A DNA stretch of 64,000 bases from Azolla caroliniana (lineage: Eukaryota; Plantae; Polypodiophyta). Position numbers and translations under genes: made by a program. A model generated the notes under the pieces. The model had not been told where the DNA came from. It saw nothing but the letters and a program-made list of their open reading frames with translations, and ran no database searches. The stretch covers positions 8,246,001-8,310,000 of the forward strand of contig JBHGNT010000002.1 in assembly GCA_043228905.1 (NCBI GenBank), given 5' to 3'. Position 1 is the first letter of the stretch. Each line of letters opens with the position of its first letter. This document shows positions 23,626 through 37,186 of this stretch, piece after piece.

Positions 23626-26600
23626 GAATTATTTTGAATATAGTTTGGTGTTTCTGCTCTCTCTCTCTCTCCCTCCCTCCCTCCCTCTCTCTCTCCCTCC
23701 CTCTCTCTCTTTCTCTGTGATTTCTGTGATTTACCGAATTGTCGTACTTTCGAACCGTGTACTCTGTGTTCTTACGCATACGCTTCCGCACACGTATTAT
23801 TTGACATGGTATCAGAGTGTGAGGGTTGAGACTTCTCTGCAGCTGACATAAAAGCTTGCGATAAAGACAGAGTTAAGTTATTGTCTTCAGAAAGGATAAG
23901 ACAACAATATGGACAGAGGAATGGGAAGCTTGCTCCCGACTGAGAAGCTTGACAGGAGCAACTATGCATCTTGGTCATACAAGATGCACCAGTACCTGCT
24001 TGGCCATGGCTACTTGAGTTAATGATGCAACACCTGAATCAACACACAGAGACGTTTCGGCTTGGGAACAAGCAGCAAGTAGAGTTCTTTACTGCTTCGC
24101 GTCCTGTGTGAGCGATCAACTCTTGAGCTACATTCAGGATGCTAAGACGCCAAAGGACGCATGCGTGAATCTCAAGAGGATTTTCGCCGCTAGCACAACG
24201 ACCAGGAAGCTACAGCTCAGGTAGGAGCTTAGCAATGTCTGACAGAAAGCTCTGTCTGTGGCCGATAACGCGACCCGAATAAAGGAGATTTGTGACTCTC
24301 TCATGTCCATCAACGTGAACGTCGAGGAGGACGAAATGGTGCAGGTTTGTCTTGGTGGGTTAGTGTCAAAGTTCGGAGTGTTCTGGATGGCGGTCTGCAC
24401 AAGGGAGTTTACGCCTTCGTTCTTTGAGCTTCAATCGATGTGCTTGTGGAGGAAAATCGCGTGGGTGCATCAACGAGTATGCACACCAATAGCAAGATGT
24501 TGTACACAGAGGAAGATAGGCCCCGTAGTCGTGGTGGACGAGGTAGATCGGCGCGTAATGGAGGCGGCCGAAAAGAGCAAAACGTGCAGCAACACCAACT
24601 TCCATTCCCCAATGAGCGTAATTGTAGTCGAAATCCATTGGATTTAATCCATTCGGATGTGTGGGGACCGGCATAGAACGTGAGTCTCAGTGGAAGCCAT
24701 TTCTTTGTAACCTTCATCGATGAGTTCACTCAGCATACCTAGGCGTGCTTGATCACGAAAAAGAGCGAACTCTTCACGTGGTTCCTAAAGGTGAAGAGCC
24801 TTGCGGAAAGGGAAACTGGACATAAGATCAAGTGCCTACAGTCTGATGGCGGGAAGGAGTACTTCTCCAACCAGTTCACGAGTTATCTACAAAAGGAGGG
24901 AATTTGATGGGAATTCTCGTGGAGATATCCGCAGGAGCAAAACGGCGTAGCCGAGCGGAAGAATCGGACAATCGAAGAAGCCGCCAGGGCAATGCTTGAA
25001 GAGAAGCATATGCCGAAGTTTTACTAGCCTGAAGCCGTAAGGACGGCGGTTTACTTACAGAATCAGACCTCTGCTAATGGAGGAGTGTTGCCACATGAGT
25101 TGTATTATGGCAAGAAGCCGAACTTGGCACACTTGAGGATTTTCGGCAACATTAAGTATGTGCATGTGCCAAAGGAGAAATGGAAGAAGTTGGATGCCAA
25201 TGCCGATAAGTGTATCTTGGTCAGCTATTTAGACGAACAGAAGGGGTATAAGTCCTATAACCCCGGACAAAGGAAGTTCACGTAAGCCGAGATGTCGTGT
25301 TCGACAAGTCCGCTTCGTGGTACTTGCCTCTACCTCCAATACCTCATGATTCCATTTCGAATTCTGAAGAAGAGGTCAGCGAGGCTGAGATGCCTCTACG
25401 TGATGAGGATATCGGAGCTCTGACAAAGAGTCCAATCTCATTTCGGCTAAGTGGGCCGGGATAGCCAACCAAATGAAGAGTCGGCGAGTAGTGGACACTC
25501 AGCCGTGTTGTCCCCGCATAAAGAACCGAGGAGACGGTTTACGCGTCAAGAAAAATGGAAGAAGTAAATGCCGGAATACGATTTCGGCAGTGCCGAGTCA
25601 GATCAGAGCGAGTCAAATTTCGGCCCAATCGAAAAGGAATCTCTACGGAAGAAGTTGAAACCGGCCAAAAAGGTCGTGAAATCGAGTTATCACGAATTAC
25701 GCCGTTCTACCAGCCTAACAAACCCCGTAAAGAGGAATACAATGAATACATGGCGCACCACTACGCATACATGACACAAGTGGTGGAAGTGCGTGAGCCA
25801 GAGAGCTACGTAGAAGTAGCGAGAGACGCAAATTGGCGTGTCGTGATGGAGGAAGAGATGCGCGCATTGACGGACAATGAGACTTGGGACCTGGTTGACG
25901 TACCGAAGGGTGTAAAGTTGATCGGATGTAGATGGGTGTATAAGGTGAAGTACAACACCGACGACTCCGTCAACCGATATAAGGCCCGTTTGGTTGCGAG
26001 AGGCTACGCACAAAAGCACGGCGTAGATCACGACGAGACCTTCGCCCCAGACGGCCATTACCTGTTGAATATGCTCTTCAAGTTCGGGATGGCAGATTGT
26101 AAGCCCATCTCAACCCCTTTGGATAGAAACGTAAAGCTTTGCCGAGATTCGGGAAAGGCATGCGACCCGACACGGTTTCGATAGATTGTCGGAAGCCTCG
26201 TCTACTTGATGATCACTCGGCCAGACCTTAGCTATCTGGTCGGAATGATCAGTCAATTTATGTAGCAGCCCATGACCAAACACCTTCAGTGCACGCAAAG
26301 GTGATTACGATATGTCAGCGGCAGGAAAGACATGGCGTTGTTGTATTGTGTAGGCGTAGCCAAACAGTTAGTCGGCTACACGGATGCCGATTGAACCGGA
26401 AATGCCCACAATCGTAGATCCACGTCTGGATACGCATTCTCATTGGGAAGTGCGGCGATCGCGTGGAGCAATAAGAAGCAACCGACAATAGCGTTGTCGA
26501 GCACGGAGGCCAAATATCGAGGGGCGACTATCACTACATGCGAAGTCATCTGGCTGAAACGACTATTACGGGATCTGCATGTGGAGGTGTCTGATCCAAC

Positions 26601-27692
26601 GATGATCTATTGCGACAACCTCAACAACATCCACCTTGCGAAGAACCCCGCGTTCCACACCCGGACCAAGCACATTGAGGTGCATTATCATTTCGTCCGT
26701 GAGCGTGTCCTTTATGGTGAAGTTGAACTAGCGTATGTTCCGACGGGTCGACAGATTGCAGACATCTTCACCAAGCCCCTTGGTCTCGACAAGTTATGGC
26801 ATTTCTCGGGTGAGCTGGGTTTTGTGGCACCTCGATATGCCGAACTTGAGGGGGAGACAAGAACGGGAACAGGAGCGTGAAAGGAGTGGTTGTAACTGCA
26901 ATGCCGAATCGAATGAATTCGATTCCAGGTTGAATGAAGAAGCTAAAGAAGAGAACAGGGGTCATAATCGCAAGGAAGAGCCGAAGATAAATGAACAAAG
27001 GGGAAATATAGCCAAGAAGGGCATAAAGGCCAAGACCAAGACATGGTCTGATGCTGACAAGGGCCTGAAAACAAAAGACGAATTGGAGACAGCCAATTCG
27101 GGCAAAAGTGGAATTGAATCGGAAGCGTCTGATTTAATCGAAATGTTCGATTCGGATTCTACGATTCAACCGAGGGCCAAGCGGAGGAAAGGGCAGCGAA
27201 AGAGGTGCCAACACCACTAAAGCAAGGGAGCTGAGAAGGGCTGCATAAGCAGACAAGCCGACCGGAAGGGTCGAAGCGCGCGGAATCGAACAGGTTGAGG
27301 AGTGTGAGCGAGGCGTGAAGCCAGGAGAGGTCAGAGTGAAGATGCGGAAAAGCAGATAGAACCTCAAGTTGAGCTTGAGGGGGAGTGTTGAGAGACAAGC
27401 TCAATATTGGTTGCGTAAACGGGTACGTAACCCAATACGTAGCCTGGGTGTGTAAAACCATACGCAAAGTATGGTCATGGCGGTGTTTAAACCAAGAGGC
27501 CATTAGAACATTATTCATCGTAAGGAATAATTTTGGGAGTTAGTGTAGAAGGCTCATTTATGAGCGGTCAAGTACTAGTAGTACTTGTGTCAGCCCGATA
27601 GTCAGGGCTTGTATAAAAGGTGCTCTCTGAGCACGAAGTATATATACAGAGAACATACAGAGAATTATTTTTAATATAGTTTGGTGTTTTTG

Positions 27693-27724
<32 letters not shown>

Positions 27725-27830
27725 CTCCCTCTCTTTCTCTGTGATTTCTGTGTTTTATCGAACTATCGTACTTCCGAACCGTGTACTCTGTGTTCTTACG
27801 CATACACTTCTGCACACGTATTCTTTTACA
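23626..27830 (+). mobile_element. Degenerate Ty1/Copia element (family A); truncated 5' LTR 23626-23806, PBS 23807-23817, 3' LTR 27386-27830
   Basis: tRNA-iMet PBS TGGTATCAGAG, PPT TTGAGGGGGAG, LTR TGTTGAGAGAC...TTTTACA. Gag LPTEKLDRSNYASW, INT IHSDVWGP, RT GCRWVYKVK, RNase H IYCDN/RTKHIEVHYHFVRE. Internal deletions near 24590 and 26050. Confidence 0.9.
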
Positions 27831-28901
27831 GTTCTAAAGGTGATCTTGAGCCAATGTTGCACAAATGTATGGTCTTGGGAGAGGAGGAAATAATAGAGAT
27901 TTAAGGAATAAGAGAGATAATTAGAATGGAAAGATGACAAGAATGAGAAAGAAGAGATTTTTTATAATGGTGGGGAGAGAGTTGACTCTTAGGGATGAAG
28001 GAGAATAACAACTAAAACATAGAAAACAGGGAGAAAGAGGGGAGCTATATCTAAATGTCAAAAATAAGAAATAACCCAAAAAAATGCATACAAGTACCCA
28101 TGAATGCTCAAACCAACCAAGAGACCATGAAGCTAGACCAAGTACCCATGTTTAGAGCTATTGTACGCAAATTCAAGCATACGAAGACATTGTTACGATT
28201 TACTTGGACTGTTAGCTACATAAGTTAGAAGCATGTCCTCAATTATCCTCTTAACTCATTCGGTTTGTCTAGTTTATTGAGGGTGGTAAGATGAACTCAT
28301 GATCGAAATTGGTTTCTAGGTTTTCAAAGACTGAAGTCCAAAATTTGTTAATAAACTTATAATCTCTATCACTAATTATATCCATTAGTAACCCTTAAAT
28401 ATGATATAGTTCATCAATGAATCGATATGCCAATTCCTAAGTTGTTAATATGGTTTTGGTAGGTAAAAGGCCTGATCTTTTTTTTTAGTCAATCAACAAC
28501 CATGCAACTGACATCATTGTCTCTTTCCCATCTATCCTTGGGAATGTCCAATGGATGTAGAAGGCTTGTAGCATTTTTTCTATCAATCTTATTCACTTGA
28601 CATTGTAAGCATTTTATTTCATAGGCTTAAATTTCATGGCACGTTTTTGGCCAATAAAAATGAGCAGAGACAATAACAACTCTGTTGCATATTGCAAGGT
28701 GCCCTATTAATTGTGTATCATGCATGACATTCCAAAAGAGTTTATTTTAAACTCGAAGCACATCTAGAACGCAAACCTTTCCATTATGAAAAATAATGGA
28801 AGGTGGGCTTTGAGGCATGTTGGTTTTATCGGTATATATGTATAGTTTTAAATATATGTATTCATGTCTTGATGCATGATTTATTTCCAAAGAGGTACAT
28901 G

Positions 28902-28904
<3 letters not shown>

Positions 28905-28962
<58 letters not shown>
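28905..28962. repeat. (TA)n microsatellite
   Basis: About 28 TA units. Confidence 0.95.
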
Positions 28963-28965
<3 letters not shown>

Positions 28966-29710
28966 TGTCTATGTTTCACTTTATGCAAGTTATGTTTGTG
29001 CAAATTCATGTGTTAAGATAGAGGAATGTTTATATGTATTAGTTAGTAGTAGGCGTATTTAGGGAAATGGAAAAAAACTCTACCTTGTTTGGGTAGGTTT
29101 TTGTTTAAGTTAAAAGAAATGAATGGTTTGGGTGCAGGTGATGTGCACGAATGACATCCCCTACAAATGTCAACAATGGTTACAAGTATTGTGGTCGTAC
29201 CAATGGCAACAACAACAACAATGGTGATGATGACGACAACAACAACAATGCCAGGTCGCAAACACATGCAAGGAGGAAAGCTTGAGGGAGAGCTTTCCTC
29301 AAGCCTTGGGAATGCTCAACCTAGAGCTTCCCTCGATTCAAGCGAAGGCTTGAGTCAACTTTCGTCGAGTACAACGGAAGCTTGACTTACAACCTTCCTC
29401 GATTCAAGGGTAAAGCTTTCCTTTAGAATTCAGGAATACAAAAAATAAATAGTTATTCCGAAATTGAGCTTTGCCCTTGAATATGGATTTGCTTTTAATC
29501 ATGTCGAATTATGAAATTGGCCTTCCTCATTCAAGGAAAACTTAAACTTTCAAAACTATGAATGTAATATCGCTTTTTCAAACACCATCTGATGAATGGG
29601 ATGTTGACTTCAAGTGATATCGTGGGTTCAACTCCGATCGTCCAAAAAATCTAAGATGGCTCATGTAAAGAAACGCGAGTGGCGTAGGTGATGTTGTGCA
29701 GAGGAAGTAA

Positions 29711-29712
<2 letters not shown>

Positions 29713-29783
<71 letters not shown>

Positions 29784-29798
29784 AGGAACGAGAGAGAG
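29713..29798. repeat. Compound (TG)n/(AG)n microsatellite
   Basis: About 28 TG units followed by AG runs. Confidence 0.9.
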
Positions 29799-29844
29799 CT
29801 TTGAGGAAGAAGCTATATTACTGAAAAATAGACTTACATCCAGC

Positions 29845-32800
29845 TCATAAATGAACCTTCTACAAGCCCTGACTATTGGGTTGATACAAGTACTGACAGT
29901 GCTTAACCACTCATAAATGAACCTTCTACACTAACTCCCAAAATTATTCCTTACGTGGAATAACGTTCTAATGAGCTCTCGGTTTAAACACCGCCACGAC
30001 CATATTTGGCGTATGGTTGTACGCACCCAGTCTACATACTGGATTACGCACCCGTTTATGCACCCAATGTTGAGCTTGTCTCTCAACACTCCCCCTCAAG
30101 CTCAACTTGAGGTTCCATATGCTTTTCCGGATCTTCGCTTCGGCCTCTCCTGGCTTCATGCCTCGCTCGCGCTCCTCAACCTGTTCGATTCCGCGCTCTT
30201 CGATCCTTCCGGTCGGCTTGTCTACTCATGCGGCCGTTCTCAGCTACCTTGTTGTCGTAGTGTTGGCGCCTCTTTCGCTGCCCTTTCCTCCGCTTGGACC
30301 TCAGTCGATTCGTAATGTCGGAATCGATCATTTCGATTAAATTGGACACTTCCGATTCAATTCCACTTTCGCCCGAATTGGCTATCTCCAATTCGTCTTC
30401 TGTCTTTACGCCCTTGACAACATCAGATCACGTCTTGGTTTTGGCCTTTACACCCTTCTTGGCTATATTTCCCTTTTGTTTGGCTGTCTTCGGTTCTTAC
30501 TTGCGATTACAGCCCCTGTTCTATTCTTGTTCAGCTTCTTCAGCTTCTTCAACCGGCCCGAAATCGAATTCTTCATCCGATTCGCCATCGTGGTCACTAC
30601 CGCTCCCTTCACGCTCTTGTTCCTGTTCTTGTCTCCCCCTCAAGGTCGGCGTGTCGAGGTGACGCAAACCCAACTCACGCGAGAAATGTTGTAACTCGTC
30701 GAGACCATGGGGCTTGGTGAAAATGTCGGCAATCTGCCGACCCGTCGGAACATACGCCACATCGACTTCACCAGAAAGGACACACTCATGGACGAAATGA
30801 TAATTCAGCTCAATGTGCTTGGTCTAGGCGTGGAACACAGGGTTCTTCGCAAGGTGGATGTTGTTGAGGTTGTCGCAATAGATCATCGTTGGATCAGACA
30901 CCTCCACATGCAGATCCCGTAATAGTCGTTCCAGCCAGATGACTTCGCACGTAGCGATAGTCGCCCCTCCATATTCGGCCTCCATGCTCGACAACGCTAC
31001 AGTCGGCTGCTTCTTACTGCTCCACGTGATCACCACACTTCCCAATGAGAATGCATATCCGGATGCGGATCTACAGTCGTGGGCATTTCCGGCCCAATCG
31101 GCATCTGTGTAGGCAAGTAACTATTCGATTATGCCTGTGCGATACAACAACGACATGTCTTTCGTGTCGTTGACATACCGTAATATTGTTTGCGCGCACT
31201 GAAGGTGTTCAGTCATGGGCTACGACATGAATTGACTAATCATTCCGACCGAATAGTTGAGGTCTAGCGGAGTAATCGTCAAGTAGATGAGGCTTTCGAC
31301 AGTCTGTCGAAACCATGTTGGGTCGCACGTCTTACCTGAATCTTGGCGATGCTTACGTTTCTATCCAGAGGGGTCGAGATGGGCTTCCAATCTGCCATCC
31401 CAAACTTGAAGAGCATATTTAGCACGTAATGGCGATGACTAAATCATCAACATAAAGTAAAAGGCTAACCGGTCCATGTTTACCTTGCCGAACAAATAAT
31501 GAAGAGTCTGACATGAACATCATAAACCCCATTCGATACAATTGTTGTGTAATCTTCGCATTCCAAGCTCGCGGGGCTTCCTTACATCCATAACGCCTTC
31601 TTCAATCGACAGACTGCAGAAGTGTTCTATTCGGATAGAAAACTAGGGGGTTGTACCATGTACACTTGTTCCTCAAGATCAACTTCCAGGAATGCATTCT
31701 CTACATCCATTTGATGTAAATGCCACCCCTTCGCCACAGCTACGGCTAATAGAACTCACACAGTAGTCATCTTCACGACTGGTGCAAAGGTCTCGTCGTA
31801 ATCTACGCCATGCTCTGTGCGTAGCCTTTCGCAACCAAACGGGCCTTATATCGGTTGACGGAGCCGTCAATGTTGTATTTTACCTTAAACACCCATCTAC
31901 ATCCGATTGGCTTTACACCCTTTGGTACGTCAACCAGATCCCAAGTCTCATTGTCCGTTAAAGTGTGCATCTCTTCCTCCATCGCGGCATGCCAATTTGT
32001 GTCTTTCGCCGCTTCTATGTAGCTCTCCGGCTCACGCACTTCTACCACCTGTGTCATGTACGCATGGTGCGCCATGTATTCATTGTACCCGTACCTGTTT
32101 ACAGGGTTTTTTAGGCTGGTAGATCGGCGTAATTCGTGATAACCCGATTTCATCGACTTTTTGGCCGGTTTTGAATTCTTCGGTAGAGATTCCTTTTCGA
32201 TTGGCCCGAAATCAGACTCGCTCCGATCTGACTCGGCACTATCGAAATCGTATTCCGACATTTACTTCTACCCTTTTTCTTCACGCGTAAACTGTCTCCT
32301 CGGTTCTTTACGCGGGGACAACACGGTGGAGTCTCCGCTACTCGCCGACTCTTCATTTTGTTGGCCATCCCGGCCCAACCCCTCATTCGGCCCACTTAGC
32401 TAAAATGAGATCGGACTCTCTATCAGAGCTCCGATATCCTTATCACGCAAAGGCATCTCAGCCTCGCTAACCTCTTCTTCAGAATTCAGAATAGAATCAT
32501 GAGGTATTGGAGGTGGAGGCAAGTACCACGAAGCGGACTTGCTGAACACGACATCTCGACTTACGTGAACTTCCTTTATCCGGGGGTTATAGCACTTATA
32601 CCCCTTCTCTTCATCTGAATAGCCGACCAAGATACACTTATCGGCTTTGGCATCCAGCCTCCTCCGTTTCTCCTTTGGCACATGCACATACTTAATGTTG
32701 CCGAAAATCCTCAAGTGTGCCAAGTTCGGCTTCTTGCCATAATACAACTCATGTGGCAACACTCCTCCATTAGCAGAGGTCTGATTCTGTAAGTAAACCG

Positions 32801-35774
32801 CCATCCTTACGGATTTCGCCTAGTAAAACGTCTCCACTACTCATCGACTCTTCATTTCGTTGGCCATCTTGGCTCAACCCCTCATTCAGCCCGCTTAGCC
32901 TAAATGAGGTCTGATTCTCTATCAGAGCTTTGATTTCCTCATCACACGGAGGCAGCTCGTCCTTGCTGACCTCTTCTTGAGAATTCGGAATGGAGTCATT
33001 AGGGATTGGAAGCAAAGGTAAGTACCACGAGGCGAACTCGTCGAAAACTACATCTCGGCTTATGCGAACTTCCTTCTTTTGGGGGTTGTAGGACTTATAC
33101 CCCTTTTGTTCATCTGAATAACCGACTAAGATGCACTTTTTGGCATTGGCGTCAAGCTTCCTCCATTTCTCCTTCGGCAGATGCACGTATGCGATATTGC
33201 CGAAAACCCCAAGTATGCCAAGTTCGGCTTCTTACCGTAATACAGCTCATGTGGCGACACTTCTCCATTAGCAGAGGTCCAATTCTGCAAGTAAACAACC
33301 ATCTTTACGGCTTCAGCCCAGTAAAACTTCGGCATATGCTTCTCTTCAAGCATTGCCCTAATCGCTTCTTCAATTTTCCAATTCTTCCGTTCCGCTACGC
33401 CGTTCTGCTCCGGCATATATCTACACGAGAATTCACGTCAAATTCCCTCCTTCTGTAGATAACTCGTGAACTAGTCTGAGAAGTACTCTTTCCCGCCATC
33501 GGACCGTAGGCACTTGATCTTTCGTCCAGTTTCCCTTTCCGCAAGGTTTTTCACCTTCAGGAACCACGCGACGACTTCGCTCTTTTTCGTGATCAAGCAC
33601 ACCCAAGTATGCCGAGTGAAGTCATCAATGACGGTTACGAAGTAACGGCTGCCACCGAGACTCACGTTCTATGTCGGTCCCCACACATCTGAATGGATTA
33701 AATACAACGATTTCAACTACGATTACGCTCATTTGGAAATGAAAGTCGGTGTTGCTTCCCTAGTTGGCAGGCTTCGCAGACTTGACCATTTCGACCCCGA
33801 AATTTGGGCAATCCGAAAGCAATATTCTTCGTCTACATTTCATGAAGTCGTGGGAAGTTAACGTGGCCAAACCACTTGCACCATAGGTCAATATCCGATT
33901 TGACCTTTTGTCCTTTCGTGAACAGTGCGGTTCCGACTTGATTGGTGTCGAGGATAAACATCCTCGCTTCACGGCGCCCCTACGCAATAACTTTGCCTTA
34001 CTCTTCGATGTAGCACCCTAGGTGTGTGAATCGAACTTGCAACCCCTGGTCGACAATCTGTCCGACCGACACCAGGTTCTTGGTTATTGTCGAGACGTGC
34101 AACAAGTTCATAATTTTCCCTTCCTGCTCGATGTGGCTGAGAGGAACTTCTCCGATATGTTCAATGGTATGCGGAGTATCGTCTCCCATTTCGACCACTC
34201 CTTGTTTTTCCAGTTTCCCCAAGTACGAGAACCATTCCTCATGACTCGTCATATGATTCAACACTCCGGAATAAAATACCACACATCGCTCCATTTCGAG
34301 GTGTTCACGACCATCGAATTGGCCATGTGCTTCATTACAAAGGTTGGGCCCAATCAATTTACGGCTCGTTCAGACCCTTCGGCATAGTGCGATTTCTGAC
34401 GCCTTCATACGTCTCCTCCGCTCAATCCGTCTTTGTCTGAATCGGCTCTCTTCTTCCAGCACTCACTCTCCATGTGGTCTTTCTTGCCACAGTACCAACA
34501 TTCCCTCACGGCCTTCTTTTGCTGGATTCCGGCACCGCTATGACTCCCCCTGCTTCCGGAGGGTTCGGAATTGCTTCCGGCATTTCGATTATGCCGCACG
34601 TTCTATTCTTTTCGGCTGCCCCCATTGCGCGCCGGTCCGCCTCGTCCAGCATGACCACGGGGCCTATCTTCCTCCCTGTACAACATCTTGTTGTCGGTAT
34701 GCATACTCGTCGACACACCTGCATGATTTTCCTCTACGAGCAACATTGATTGAAGCTCGAAGAACGAAGGTGTAATCTCCCTTGTGCAGACTGCGGTCTG
34801 GAACGCTCCGAACTTTGACGCTAACCCACCAAGACACACCTGCACCATTTCATCCTCCTCAACGTTCACATTGACGGAGGCAAGAGAGTCACAAATTTCC
34901 TTGATTCGGGTAGTGTAATCAGCCACAGACAGGTCTTTCTATTGGAAATTGCTGAGGTCTTGCCTGAGTTGTAGCTTCCTGGCCGTTGTGCTAGCGGCGA
35001 AAATCCTCTTGAGATTCGCCCACACGTCCTTTGGCGTCTTAGCATCCCGAATGTAGCTCAAGAGCTGATCGCTCACACAGGATGTGAAGCAATAAAGAAC
35101 ATTGCATGCCGCTTGTTCCCAAGCCGAAAAATCTCTGTGTGTCGATTCGGGCGTTGTATCATTAGCTCCTTCGACATAACTCTAGTAACCATGACCAAGT
35201 AGGTACTGGTGGATCTTGTACGACTAGTATGTGTAGTTGCTTTGATCGAGCTTCTCAGTTGGTTTCGAGCTCCCCATTCCTCTATCCATATTGTTGTCTT
35301 ATCCTTTTCGAAAACAATAACTTAACTCTGTCTTTATTGCAAGCTTTTCTGTTGGCTATAGAGGAGTCTCAACCCTCGCACTCTAATACCATGTAAAATA
35401 ATACATGTGCGGAAGCGTATGCGTAAGAACACAGAGTACACGGTTCGGTAGTACGACAGTTTGATAAAACACAGAAATCACAGAGAAAGAGGGGGAGAGA
35501 CATAGAGAGCAGAAACAACAAACTATACTAAAAAATTCTCTGTATGTTTCTCTATACATATTTCGTGCTCAATGAGCACCTTTTATACAAGCCCCGACTA
35601 TTGGGCTCACACAAGTACTGACAGTACTTAACCGCTCATAAATGAACCTTCTACACTAACTCCCAACACTATTCCTTGCGAGGAATAACGTTCTAACGAC
35701 CTCTTGGTTTAAACACCGCCACAACCATATTTTGCATACAGTTGTACACCCAATGTTGAGCTTGTCTCTCAACA
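29845..35774 (-). mobile_element. Degenerate Ty1/Copia element (family A), reverse strand; 5' LTR 35392-35774, truncated 3' LTR ~29845-30088
   Basis: TCTCAACA ends at 30088 and 35774, PPT complement CTCCCCCTCAAG at 30089, PBS complement CTCTAATACCA at 35381-35391. Gag CWYCGKKDHMESEC plus INT, RT and RNase H fragments on the minus strand. Confidence 0.9.
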
Positions 35775-35869
35775 ACAACTTCTAGATTGCTTGTCTGCTC
35801 AACACTCCCCCTCAAGCTCAACTTGAGGTCAGATCGTCATGTCTATGTCTACCAGTCCTCTTCTCCGGC

Positions 35870-35976
35870 TGTTAGGGATAGTACTAGAGGCAAGGAGAAT
35901 TAGTACTAAAGATAGAGGAGAAGAAATTAATGAGGATTAGTACTAAGAAGGGAAAGAGTGCGTGAGAATCATGAGA

Positions 35977-36020
<44 letters not shown>

Positions 36021-36650
36021 AGATAATGATGACAACGAGAAGTATATTATATTATATGGAGAAAGTTACAAGAACAACTAGGAGGCTTAAGACTAGCATT
36101 GAACCAAATTGGTTCGGAATAATGCCTTATGCTTCTATTTATAGTGTTGTCAAGATTACTCTTGAAGTTTCTAGAATGTTCCAAAGTAATCTAGAATATA
36201 CATGAATTTCCTATAGAAATAATAAATGAAACTAATATCTTTCATATTACAATTCATGGTTTAATGGCAAGGGTTCAACCCATGTAACACAATGTCATGG
36301 GTTTGAATCCTTTCGGAGCCATACCATGCCATATCATGACACAACCCTCCCCCCCCCCCCCCCCCCCCTTAAGACGACGAGTGTGACGAGTTGTCTTAGA
36401 TGGAGGACCCGGTTTGTGGGGATATTGTCGATGGAAGTCCTGAATAAGAGCTTGAGCATTTGCAACATTCTCGATTGGTTCCCAAGTACGCTCGCTTGGA
36501 CTATAACCTAGCCAATCAACCAAATAGTAGAGCTTGTTGCGAACAATCTGAGAATCGAGGATGGCGGAGGATGGCGGCAACTTCGTACTCCGGTTCTACT
36601 TCAAGCTCGATCAGGGGTGGAGGTGGTGTAATACGATTCGGAATAGTGTT
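35870..36650 (-). mobile_element. 3' fragment of a second Tcn1-like chromovirus (chromodomain, poly-G PPT, LTR starting at 36341)
   Basis: ILDSQIVRNKLYYLVDWLGYSPSERTWEP, a C-run at 36345-36368, TGTCATGA on the minus strand, and LTR motifs shared with the 6701 LTR. Left boundary approximate. Confidence 0.75.
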
Positions 36651-37186
36651 ATCTTAAAGTAAATCATCAACATAAAGTAAAAGGCTAACCGGTCCATGTT
36701 TATCTTGCCGAACAAATAATGAAGAGTCTGACTTGGACGTCGTAAACTCCATTCGACGCAACTGTTGCATAATCTTCGCATTCCAAGCTCGCGGACCTTG
36801 CTTAAGTCCATATAACCCCTTCTTCAATCGACAGATTGTCGAGGTGTTCTATTCGGATAGAAAACCGGGGGTTGTACCATGTATACCTGTTCCTCAAGAT
36901 CACCTTGCATGAATGCATTCTTTACATCCATCTAATGTAAATGCCACCCCTTCGCCGCAGCTACGGCTAACAGAACTCGCACGGCAGTCATCTTCGCGAC
37001 TAGTGTGAAGGTCTCGTCGTGCCTTTCGCAACCAAACGTGCCTTATATCGGTTGACGGAGTCGTCGGTGTTGTATTTCACCTTAAACACCCATCTACATC
37101 CAGTCGGCTTTACACCCTTCGGTACATCAACCAAGTCCCAAGTCTCATTGTCCATTAAAGCGTGCATCTATTCCTCCATCGCGGCA
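36651..37186 (-). pseudogene. Copia family A RT fragment
   Basis: Closely similar to 31440-31990 (NETWDLVDVPKG, GCRWVFKVK, MDVKNAF, LYVDD). Confidence 0.85.

Noticed and set aside
27831-29700. Possible gene or element in the AT-rich spacer
   Set aside because: Only low-complexity ORFs and vague repeat relics; no supportable call.
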